NCBI GenBank assembly: GCA_005888865.1
Contig: VBCL01000119.1
Span: 1-46,099, forward strand
Length of the DNA: 46,099 nt
Direction: 5' to 3'
Origin: Betaproteobacteria bacterium
Lineage (GTDB): Bacteria > Pseudomonadota > Gammaproteobacteria > Burkholderiales > Casimicrobiaceae
The position numbers were made by a program, and so were the translations under genes. The notes below the pieces were generated by a model that saw only the letters and a program-made list of their open reading frames with translations, made no database searches and was not told the origin of the DNA. Positions 15,559 through 23,779 of this stretch are shown here, in pieces (the first letter of the stretch is position 1; each line of letters begins with the position of its first letter).

Positions 15559-17046
15559 CTAGGAGCCTGTCGGGACCGATGCGTCCGCGGCTTCACCGAC
15601 CGCGCTCGGGGCAGCGCTCGTACGATGCGCCTCCCGCTGCACTTCACCCTGCTTTTCCTTTGTGGCCCCCAGCCGCCCGCGCGCTGGACGAGCCATGGCG
15701 GTCAGCACCAGCGTCACCCGCAATCCAGGCTGATTGTCGCTGAATTCCAGCCGGCCGCCGTGCAGTCGTGCAACCGCAGCGACAAGACTCAGCCCCAGCC
15801 CGACGCCGGGCGTCCCGCGGCTCGCGTCGCCGCGGTAGAAGCGCTCGGTCACTTTCGGTTTTTCGTCATCGGAAATCCCCGGCCCGTGGTCCGAGACGAC
15901 GATTTCGACAGCCCCGTTTGCATGTCGTGTCGCGATTGCGATCGTGCCGTCTCTGGGCCCAAACTTCAGCGCGTTCTCGATCAGGTTCGAGATCGCTTGC
16001 GAGAGCAGCAGCGGATCCCCGGCAACGGTTGGATCGCCGTCGCACTCGAACGCGAGGTTGACCCCCTTCAGTTCGGCGACCGGCTGATAGAACTCGGCGA
16101 CGTCGCTTGCCACCTTCACCACATCAACGGGGATGAATCCCGAGCGCCGCGCGCCGGTATCGATCTCGGCCAGGCGCAGCAGCGCGTTGAAGACACCGAT
16201 CACCCGGTCGACGTCAGCGACCGCGGCCTCGATTTCGGCGAAGGTCGTCTCGGTGTCGGGTCGCGCTACCGAGAGCTCCTCGAGCCGGGAGCGGAGCTCC
16301 GCCAGTGGCGTGCGCAGATCGTGCGCGATCGCGTTGGAGACGTTCCGGACGCCGTGGACGAGCTGCTCGATCTGATCGAGCATCCGGTTGACCGTCTGCG
16401 CGAGCTGGTCGAGCTCGTCCGATTCACCCCGCAGCGGCAGCCGATGCGACAGGTCGCCGTCGACGATGGCGCACGTCGTCTGCCGGATGCGATGTACTTC
16501 CGAGAGCAGCGTGCGCCGGATCAGCCATCCTCCGACTGCGCCAGCCACGGCGAGGATGCCCGCGGCGCCGGCGAGACCGTACAGAAACAGTGCCTCCAGC
16601 GGCCTGAACCGCGCGTTGTCGCGCCCGACGAGCAGATTGTAGCCACCGGGAAGCGTCGAACGCATGAGCAACGCCCGAATCGGGCGGGAACCGTCCGTGA
16701 TCGTCAGCTTGTGCACACCTGGCGTGTCCGGCGCTTCCCGTGGCCAGGCCGCGAGATTGCCCGCGAGCGGCGAGAGCCTTTCGTCGGTGAACAGAATGAT
16801 GCTGTAGGCGACGTGCTGATTCTTCACCCGCGCCGCGATCACTGCGGCGAGCACCTCGGGTCCCTGGTTGTCGAAGATTTCCGTCAGACCCTGCACATCC
16901 TCGCGCAGCAACTCGGTCCGGACCTGCTCGACGTTCTGGCGCCAGGTGTACCAGAGCGGCGCGGCGAACAACGCGAGCACGGTGATACTGAGCGCGATGT
17001 AACCGAGCGCGACTCGGAATGCGGAAGAACGCAGAACTCTAGTCAT
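15559..17046 (-). CDS. Sensor histidine kinase (2 TM, HAMP, HisKA, HATPase_c)
   Basis: H-box NAIAHDLRTPL, N-box LIENALKF, G-boxes DHGPGI and GVGLGLSLV. The N-terminus has two hydrophobic segments flanking a roughly 130-aa loop. The ATG overlaps the regulator stop by 8 bp. Confidence 0.9.
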   Translation of the reverse strand: MTRVLRSSAFRVALGYIALSITVLALFAAPLWYTWRQNVEQVRTELLREDVQGLTEIFDNQGPEVLAAVIAARVKNQHVAYSIILFTDERLSPLAGNLAAWPREAPDTPGVHKLTITDGSRPIRALLMRSTLPGGYNLLVGRDNARFRPLEALFLYGLAGAAGILAVAGAVGGWLIRRTLLSEVHRIRQTTCAIVDGDLSHRLPLRGESDELDQLAQTVNRMLDQIEQLVHGVRNVSNAIAHDLRTPLAELRSRLEELSVARPDTETTFAEIEAAVADVDRVIGVFNALLRLAEIDTGARRSGFIPVDVVKVASDVAEFYQPVAELKGVNLAFECDGDPTVAGDPLLLSQAISNLIENALKFGPRDGTIAIATRHANGAVEIVVSDHGPGISDDEKPKVTERFYRGDASRGTPGVGLGLSLVAAVARLHGGRLEFSDNQPGLRVTLVLTAMARPARGRLGATKEKQGEVQREAHRTSAAPSAVGEAADASVPTGS

Positions 17047-17719
17047 TCGCGCTCAGCATGTAACCGGCATTGCGAATCGTCTTGAGCAGCGGCCGCTCGG
17101 CGCCGGCGTCGATCTTCTGGCGCAATTTGCTGACATGAACATCGACGACGTTGGTCTGCGGATCGAAGTGATAGTCCCACACGCCCTCCAGAAGCATGGT
17201 GCGCGTCACCACCTGATCGGCATGGCGCATCAGATACTCGAGCAGCTTGAACTCGCGCGGCTGCAGCGTCACGGTCTTTCCCGAACGCGTCACTTTCCGT
17301 GAGAGCAGATCCATCGTCAGTTCACCGACGGAGAGCGTCGTGACGGAATTGCCGCCGTTGGCGCGACGGACCAGCGCGTCGAGACGGGCCAGCAGCTCGC
17401 CGAAGGCGAAGGGCTTGACGAGATAGTCGTCGCCGCCGCTCTGCAGCCCGCGGATGCGCTCGTCGACGTCGGAGAGCGCGCTCAGGATCAGGATCGGCGT
17501 TCGGCTGCCGGTCCTGCGCAACGCGGCGATGATCCCAAGCCCGTCGATATCTCCGGGCAGCATGCGGTCCATCACGATCGCGTCGTAGGACTCGCCGGCA
17601 GCGAGAAACATGCCGTCGCGCCCGTTATCGGCGTGATCGATGGTATACCCGGCCTCGGTCAGACCTTTTCTGACGAAGCTCGAAACGCGCTCGTTATCCT
17701 CGACCAGCAAGACTTTCAT
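17039..17719 (-). CDS. OmpR-family response regulator (CusR/CopR-like subgroup)
   Basis: Receiver domain MKVLLVEDN...AIVMDRMLPG...LSAL...DDYLVKPF. Winged-helix output LQPREFKLLEYLM...FDPQTNVVDVHVSKLRQKID...IRNAGYML. Confidence 0.92.
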   Translation of the reverse strand: MKVLLVEDNERVSSFVRKGLTEAGYTIDHADNGRDGMFLAAGESYDAIVMDRMLPGDIDGLGIIAALRRTGSRTPILILSALSDVDERIRGLQSGGDDYLVKPFAFGELLARLDALVRRANGGNSVTTLSVGELTMDLLSRKVTRSGKTVTLQPREFKLLEYLMRHADQVVTRTMLLEGVWDYHFDPQTNVVDVHVSKLRQKIDAGAERPLLKTIRNAGYMLSAND

Positions 17720-17825
17720 GGTGTTTTCGCCCCTTCCCGGCGCGAAAGGGTCATGCGGAAACCGGTCCGCAGGCCCCGTCGGGAAGACACGCGACGCGGC
17801 GCCGAGTTCACCTCTCGCGGCGGGA

Positions 17826-17852
17826 GCGGGGGACGGGCCCCGCTTCCCCCGC
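17826..17852 (-). terminator. GC-rich hairpin between the secreted-protein gene and the response regulator (possible attenuating or terminating structure)
   Basis: GCGGGGGA-N11-TCCCCCGC (8-bp stem). There is no U-tract, so an intrinsic-terminator function is doubtful. Confidence 0.2.
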
Positions 17853-17865
17853 GCTGCGCGCCTCG

Positions 17866-18369
17866 CTACTGCGTGGCCGTGGTGGGGTTCCGGTGGAAAA
17901 GATTGGCGAAGCGCTGTCCGAACGGTTGTTGCGCGACGGGCGCTTGCTCTTCCGACGCCACCGCCGTGCCCGGGGCGCCCTGAAGCTGCCAGGCGGACCC
18001 GTCCGACGACAAGGCCTGCAATTCACGCTCGCTCAGGCCGTTCGGGTGAGTTTCCTTGAAGCTCGGATCCGCGGGCGCGTTGGCCGTCGACGGATGGGTC
18101 ATGTGCCAGTTCTCGCCCGGCGCCGAATATGACTGGAACACGCGTTCCGGCAGTCCGTTCGGATTGGCCTGGCGCCATTCCGAAGGCGCGGTGTTGAAGG
18201 ATGGGTTGGTGACGGCGGGCAGGTTGGCCCCGCCATTGAAGCCCGCGTAGGACTCGCCGGTGAACGGGTTCATGCTGCTGTCGTCCGCGCGCGCGGCGCC
18301 GGTCGCGCCTAAGGTCAGCGCTGCGGCGAGAACAAGCCTCTTCAATAGAGGGTGGAATGTGCCGATCAT
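17866..18369 (-). CDS. Secreted hypothetical protein with an internal duplicated NPNGL[PS]ER motif
   Basis: I prefer the start MIGTFHPLLKRLVLAAALTLGATGAARA (signal peptide, ATG 18369). Two related segments are present: PSEWRQANPNGLPERVFQSYS and PSFKETHPNGLSERELQALSS. It lies directly upstream of, and co-oriented with, the two-component genes. Confidence 0.6.
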   Translation of the reverse strand: MIGTFHPLLKRLVLAAALTLGATGAARADDSSMNPFTGESYAGFNGGANLPAVTNPSFNTAPSEWRQANPNGLPERVFQSYSAPGENWHMTHPSTANAPADPSFKETHPNGLSERELQALSSDGSAWQLQGAPGTAVASEEQAPVAQQPFGQRFANLFHRNPTTATQ

Positions 18370-18476
18370 GACTGCTCCTTTGCTATTGAACATGCGATAG
18401 GCGGAACGCATCGAAAACCCGATACGCGCGCCAGTGCTCACTATGGCGTACGACGGGTTGACCGGGCGTTGGCGGC

Positions 18477-18496
18477 GGATTAAGTGGCGTTAATCC
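18477..18496. promoter_or_regulatory. Inverted repeat GGATTAA-N6-TTAATCC in a divergent promoter region
   Basis: Read directly. It is AT-rich for this genome and lies between the secreted-protein gene (start 18369) and the DUF1080-like gene (start 18779). Function is inferred. Confidence 0.25.
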
Positions 18497-18778
18497 AGCT
18501 GGAACCGTATCGGCGTCATGCCGGATTGACCTGCCGATATTCCAACGTCGCGCGGTATACGCCTCGCGAATCCCATCTTGAATCGGCCCGGCCATGCGGT
18601 TATGATCCATGATGTTGTTCGGGGATTATCAGCAGACTCCCCGCCGAAGACGCCTTCCGGCGTCCAAGTTCTGCTCCTGGTTCGGGCGCGTTTCGCCCGG
18701 GAGGAGTATGCCTTGGCCGCCATCGCTGGAATCCACGCATCAAACCATCCGCCGCGAGCGATGTGGCCGTGCGTCGTC

Positions 18779-19402
18779 ATGGTCCTCTCCTTCCGGGTCA
18801 TCGCCCTTCTCGGTTGCACCCTGATCGGAGGAGTTGTCATGGCAGAGACCATCCATTTCGATGCCGACACCGCGGGCGCGTTGCCCTCGGGCTGGATCGC
18901 TGGCGTGACCGGCCGCGGCTCGCACCGCTGGACGATCGAAGCTGATGCGAGTGCGCCGTCAAAGCCGAATGTCCTGAAGCAGAGTGCTCGAGGCGATTTT
19001 CCCTGGTGCGTCGTGCGCGACGCGCGCCTTGCCGACGGCTTTGTCGAGGTGAAGTTCAAGCCGCTCTCGGGCAAAGATGACCAGGCCGGCGGTCTCGTCT
19101 GGCGCTGGAAGGATGGTGACACCTACTACGTTGCTCGTGCCAACGCGCTGGAGAACAACGTCTCGCTCTATTACACGCAGAACGGCCGACGCAACACGAT
19201 CAAGTACGTCACCGCGCCAGTTGCAGCCGGACAGTGGCACACGCTGCGCGTCGAGTTCGCGGGCAAGCGAATCCTTGTCGCGCTCGACGGCAAGCCTTAC
19301 ATCGAGCTCGACGACGAGCACCTCTCGGGATCGGGCGCCGTTGGCGTCTGGACCAAGGCCGACAGCGTCACTGTGTTCGACGACTTCGCGTACGGGCCAT
19401 GA
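18779..19402 (+). CDS. DUF1080-like (LamG/concanavalin-type jelly-roll, 3-keto-disaccharide-hydrolase family) secreted protein
   Basis: Signal-like MVLSFRVIALLGCTLIGGVVMA, then ...FPWCVVRDARLADGFVEVKFKPLSG..GLVWRWKDGDTYYV...WHTLRVEFAGKRILVALDGK...GAVGVWTKADSVTVFDDF, the beta-sandwich pattern of this family. Alternative starts are 18761 and 18839. Confidence 0.7.
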   Translation: MVLSFRVIALLGCTLIGGVVMAETIHFDADTAGALPSGWIAGVTGRGSHRWTIEADASAPSKPNVLKQSARGDFPWCVVRDARLADGFVEVKFKPLSGKDDQAGGLVWRWKDGDTYYVARANALENNVSLYYTQNGRRNTIKYVTAPVAAGQWHTLRVEFAGKRILVALDGKPYIELDDEHLSGSGAVGVWTKADSVTVFDDFAYGP

Positions 19403-20628
19403 GCGTGCGCCATGAGCGTGCGATGAGCGTATCGCGCGTTAAGACACTGCTCTGGGCCCGCGGCTTGAGGGCGTTTGCCGACGGCTACGTCAGCCTCCTG
19501 CTGCCGATCTATCTGATCGGGCTGGGGCTGACACCGTTTCAGGTCGGCGTGATCGCCACCGCGACCCTGCTGGGCTCGGGTGCGTTGACGCTGCTGGTCG
19601 GGTGGCGCGCCAATCGTTTCGATTCGCGTGCACTGCTGCTCGCGGCGGCGGTTCTGATGTGCGCGACCGGGCTCGGCTTTGCGACCGTGACCTCGTTCTG
19701 GCCACTGGTCGTGATTGCCGTCGTCGGCACGCTCAATCCGTCGAGCGGCGACGTCAGCGTCTTTCTTCCGCTGGAGCACGCAGTTCTGGCCCGCGTCGTC
19801 GCCGACCGTGAGCGCACGGCGACCTTCGCGCGCTACAGCCTGGTCGGTGCGCTTGCCGGCGCCCTCGGCGCGATCTTCGCCGGGGTGCCCGAGCTTCTGG
19901 CCGCCGCGCTCAAGGTCGATGTACAGGGGCTCTACCCATGGATGTTCGCGCTCTATGCAGGCCTCGGACTGACTTCCGGCCTGATCTATCGCAAGCTCCC
20001 CGTTGCGACGGTTCACACCGACGTCCGCGCGGCGCCGCTCAAGGAATCGAAGCGCATCGTCTATGCGCTCGCGGCATTGTTCAGTCTCGACGCGTTCGGC
20101 GGCGGGTTCATCGTCCAGTCGCTGCTGGCGCTGTGGCTGTTCGAGAAGTTCCAGCTCTCCACCGCTGTCGCTGGGACGATCTTCTTCTGGACGGGCGTGC
20201 TTTCGGCGTTTTCCTATCTGGTCGCCGCGCGCATCGCACATCGCATCGGCCTGGTCAACACGATGGTGTTCACGCATCTGCCGTCGAGCGTATTGCTGCT
20301 GCTGATTCCACTCGCGTCCGATCTCGGCTGGGTCGTCGCGCTGCTTCTCGTACGGAGTGCTCTTTCGCAGATGGACGTTCCCACGCGCAGCTCGTACGTG
20401 ATGGCGGTGGTCTCGCCCGCCGAGCGCGCAGCGGCGGCAGGAATCACGTCGGTGCCACGCAGCCTCGCCTCGGCGGTGAGTCCGCTCATCGCCGGCTACC
20501 TGCTCGGCCTGTCGACGTTCGGCTGGCCGCTCATTGTCGCGGGCGCTCTCAAGATCGCCTATGACCTGATGCTCCTTGCGACTTTCCGTGCGGTCCGCCC
20601 GCCCGAGGAAGCGGCACTCCCGCCGTGA
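19399..20628 (+). CDS. MFS transporter
   Basis: About 12 hydrophobic segments. The start ATG 19399 overlaps the upstream stop (ATGA). An alternative in-frame ATG lies at 19423. Confidence 0.8.
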   Translation: MSVRHERAMSVSRVKTLLWARGLRAFADGYVSLLLPIYLIGLGLTPFQVGVIATATLLGSGALTLLVGWRANRFDSRALLLAAAVLMCATGLGFATVTSFWPLVVIAVVGTLNPSSGDVSVFLPLEHAVLARVVADRERTATFARYSLVGALAGALGAIFAGVPELLAAALKVDVQGLYPWMFALYAGLGLTSGLIYRKLPVATVHTDVRAAPLKESKRIVYALAALFSLDAFGGGFIVQSLLALWLFEKFQLSTAVAGTIFFWTGVLSAFSYLVAARIAHRIGLVNTMVFTHLPSSVLLLLIPLASDLGWVVALLLVRSALSQMDVPTRSSYVMAVVSPAERAAAAGITSVPRSLASAVSPLIAGYLLGLSTFGWPLIVAGALKIAYDLMLLATFRAVRPPEEAALPP

Positions 20629-20877
20629 TCTGAGAGGACCCCTCGGGCCGAGGCCGCATAAGCGCAAATGCGCGGCATGTGTCGGCAAACGGCACATGCG
20701 GCAGTCCCCGTCATTTCGCTGTCGCCGTGCTCGCGGGCAATGTAGGGGATTTGTCGGCCTGCACGTACGCTACAACCGATCGATTGGCACGCTGCCACGG
20801 GCGTGCAATTTGATCGGGCACAACATTCGCCGATGTCGCGGCCACCTCCCCCATCCTGGGCACGCCTTTTGCTGAAG

Positions 20878-23778
20878 ATGGCTGCCATGTTGAATATCAG
20901 AGGCCTTCGGAGTGGCCGATCGGCTCGGCTGGCGTCGCTCGGGCGACACCTGTCGCGATCGACGCTCGCCACCAAGACGTCGACCGCGACTTCCCTGCTT
21001 TTCCTCGTGGCGATTCTGGCCGTCGGAACGACCGCGCTCTATTCGTTTCGCAGCAAGTTACTGGACGTCATGGTGGCGGATCAGGACAGGCTGCTCCAGC
21101 GTGTTGCCGATAGCCAGGAGCAGAAGCTCCTCTCCCTGCAAAAGGCGCTGATCCAGAGCGCGAGCGAAATTCGCGATGCCGACATCGCCTCGTCGGACGC
21201 CGCCCAGCGCTATCTCGACACCAACACCGGCCTCTACGCAGGATTCGACCGCTCAACATTCCTGTTCTCCGACAAGGGCATCCTCCTTGCCGAGCGCCCC
21301 TACCGACCGAACCGCCGCGGCGACAACGCGTCGTGGCGGCCATACATCCGCGACACCATCGGCACCCAGCGATCGATCATTTCGGAACCGTTCCTCACCA
21401 ACGTCGGCGACGGGAATATGGTGCTGGTGATGACCACACCCGCGTTCGCGAAGGATGGCCGCTTCATCGCGATTCTGACGGGCAGCATCGGCCTCACCAA
21501 TCCGGGACTGCTCGGCAATGTCGCCAAGACGGTGATCGGCAAGACCGGGTACATCTTCATCGTCAGCGCCGACGGCAAGCTCATCATGCATCCGGATCGG
21601 ACGCGCCTGTCGAGACCGGCTTACGCTGCAGCAGCCAACCCGCTGTTCGATCGCGCGATCCGGGGTTTCGAGGGTACCGAGCCAGCGCTGGACCCGGATG
21701 GGCGCGAAGCACTCATCTCCTACAAGAGCGTGCCGTCGTCGAACTGGATCGTTGCAGCCGTCTACCCGAAGGACGAGGCCTTCGCCGCGGTCAACGAGCT
21801 CGTCTGGCGCTTCGTCGCGTTCCTTCTCGTCGCCAGCGTGGTCATGGTCATAGCGGTCTGGCTTCTGACCCGGTTCTTGATGCAGCCGCTCGTGTCGCTC
21901 ACTCGCCACCTGGCGAGGTACACCGATACCGAGGAGCGGCTGGCCCCGCTGGGTAGCGACAACAAGCACGCCAGCGGCGAGATCCGTGCGCTGACCACGA
22001 CCTTCAACCGCCTGACCGGCCGGCTGCACGAACGGGAAGATGCGCTGATCGAGACCATGCGGAGCCACAAGCTCATCACCGAGAACTCGACCGACCTGAT
22101 CACCAAGCACACACCGGAAGGCGCCATTACCTACGCGTCGCCCGTTTCAGAAAGCGTTCTCGGGTTGGCGCACACGGAGTTGATCGGACATTCGCTGCTG
22201 GAGTTCGTACACCCCGAAGATTACGAAGTCGTCCGGGTCGCCTTCGGCTTCGCGGCCCAGGGCCAGTCCCAACCAACGGTCATCTATCGCACGCGTCGTC
22301 GAGACCAGAATTACGTATGGTTCGAAACGACGCTGCGCCTGATGAAGGGCATAAGCACCGAGAAAACGCCCGAGATTCTGTGTATTTCGCGCGATATCAG
22401 CGAGCGCAAGCGCATGGAGGGGCGTCTGCACGAGCTGGCGCGGACCGATCATCTAACCGACATCGCGAACCGGGTTCTGCTCTCCGAGCGGTTCGCGCTC
22501 GGCCTCACGCGGGCGCGCCGTGAAGGCTCGTTGCTGGCGATGTTGATGATCGACATCGACCGCTTCAAGAACATCAATGACTCGCTCGGACACAGCGTCG
22601 GCGACGCGTTGCTCAAGCTCGTCGCGGCACGGCTCAGCTCATGCATCCGGGAGGACGACACGCTTGCGCGCTGGGGTGGCGACGAATTTGTGCTGTTGCT
22701 GCCCGGACTGATCGATTCCGACACTGCGGCCACCGTAGCGGAGCGCTGCATCAACTCTCTCAAGGAACCTTTCGTCGTCGATGGACAAGGCCTGCGCGTC
22801 ACCGCATCGATTGGGGTCAGCGTTGCGCAGGACTCGGCTGCCGACTCGGAGACGATGCTCAGCAACGCCGATACCGCGATGTATCGAGCGAAGGCGCGCG
22901 GCGGCAATTGCATGATCATGTACACGGCGCAAATGAGCGAGGGCGCGCGCAGCAGACTGTCGATGGAAAACGCGCTGTTCCACGCGATCGAGCGGCACGA
23001 GCTGCTGCTGCACTATCAGCCGCTGATCTCGACTCGAACCGGTCGTCTGGCGGGCGTCGAGGCGCTTATCCGGTGGAAGCACCCGGAGCGCGGGCTCGTC
23101 TCACCGGCCGAATTCATTCCCATTGCCGAGGAAACTGGACAGATCGGCGCGATCGGCGAATGGGTGCTGCGAACCGCCTGCACCCAGATGGATTCGTGGT
23201 ATCGCCGGGGACTGCCGCGCATCGCGATATCCGTCAACGTCTCGAGCCGCCAGTTCCGGCAGGACAGTCTCGCCAACACGGTCAAGGCCGTGCTCGACGA
23301 AACCCACTTCGATCCCAAGCTCCTGGAGCTGGAACTGACCGAATCGTTGCTGATGGACGACATCGAGCGCAGCCGGACGATTCTCGCCGAGCTGAAGTCG
23401 CTCGGCGTCTCGGTTGCGCTCGACGATTTCGGCACCGGCTACTCGTCGCTGAGCTATCTCAAGGGCTTCCAGCTCGACACGCTCAAGATCGATCGCGCGT
23501 TCACCGCCGAGCTCATGACCAGCGAGACGAACGCATCGATCGTCCGTGCGACGATCGGGCTCGCCAAGGGGTTGCGTCTTCGGACCGTCGCCGAAGGCGT
23601 GGAGACGCGGGCACAGGCCGACTTCCTGGCGAGGCAGGGTTGCGACGTTCTGCAGGGGTTCCTGTTCGCCCGGCCCATGGAGCCGGACGCGTTCCTGTCC
23701 TTCGCGCTCGCCTCGCACACCTATCTGCTCTCGCGGCCGCCGCACGAGGAACACGAAAAGCTCGGCGTCACGCGTTAG
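20878..23778 (+). CDS. Membrane-bound signalling protein: dCache-like periplasmic domain, HAMP, PAS, GGDEF, EAL
   Basis: TM (LLFLVAILAVGTTALY) followed by a roughly 270-aa loop and a second TM. PAS region (ITENSTDLITKH...). GGDEF motif RWGGDEFVLLL. EAL motifs GVEALIRW, DDFGTGYSSLSYL, EGVET. The start is chosen at ATG 20878 (alternative 20887). Confidence 0.9.
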   Translation: MAAMLNIRGLRSGRSARLASLGRHLSRSTLATKTSTATSLLFLVAILAVGTTALYSFRSKLLDVMVADQDRLLQRVADSQEQKLLSLQKALIQSASEIRDADIASSDAAQRYLDTNTGLYAGFDRSTFLFSDKGILLAERPYRPNRRGDNASWRPYIRDTIGTQRSIISEPFLTNVGDGNMVLVMTTPAFAKDGRFIAILTGSIGLTNPGLLGNVAKTVIGKTGYIFIVSADGKLIMHPDRTRLSRPAYAAAANPLFDRAIRGFEGTEPALDPDGREALISYKSVPSSNWIVAAVYPKDEAFAAVNELVWRFVAFLLVASVVMVIAVWLLTRFLMQPLVSLTRHLARYTDTEERLAPLGSDNKHASGEIRALTTTFNRLTGRLHEREDALIETMRSHKLITENSTDLITKHTPEGAITYASPVSESVLGLAHTELIGHSLLEFVHPEDYEVVRVAFGFAAQGQSQPTVIYRTRRRDQNYVWFETTLRLMKGISTEKTPEILCISRDISERKRMEGRLHELARTDHLTDIANRVLLSERFALGLTRARREGSLLAMLMIDIDRFKNINDSLGHSVGDALLKLVAARLSSCIREDDTLARWGGDEFVLLLPGLIDSDTAATVAERCINSLKEPFVVDGQGLRVTASIGVSVAQDSAADSETMLSNADTAMYRAKARGGNCMIMYTAQMSEGARSRLSMENALFHAIERHELLLHYQPLISTRTGRLAGVEALIRWKHPERGLVSPAEFIPIAEETGQIGAIGEWVLRTACTQMDSWYRRGLPRIAISVNVSSRQFRQDSLANTVKAVLDETHFDPKLLELELTESLLMDDIERSRTILAELKSLGVSVALDDFGTGYSSLSYLKGFQLDTLKIDRAFTAELMTSETNASIVRATIGLAKGLRLRTVAEGVETRAQADFLARQGCDVLQGFLFARPMEPDAFLSFALASHTYLLSRPPHEEHEKLGVTR

Positions 23779-23779
23779 A

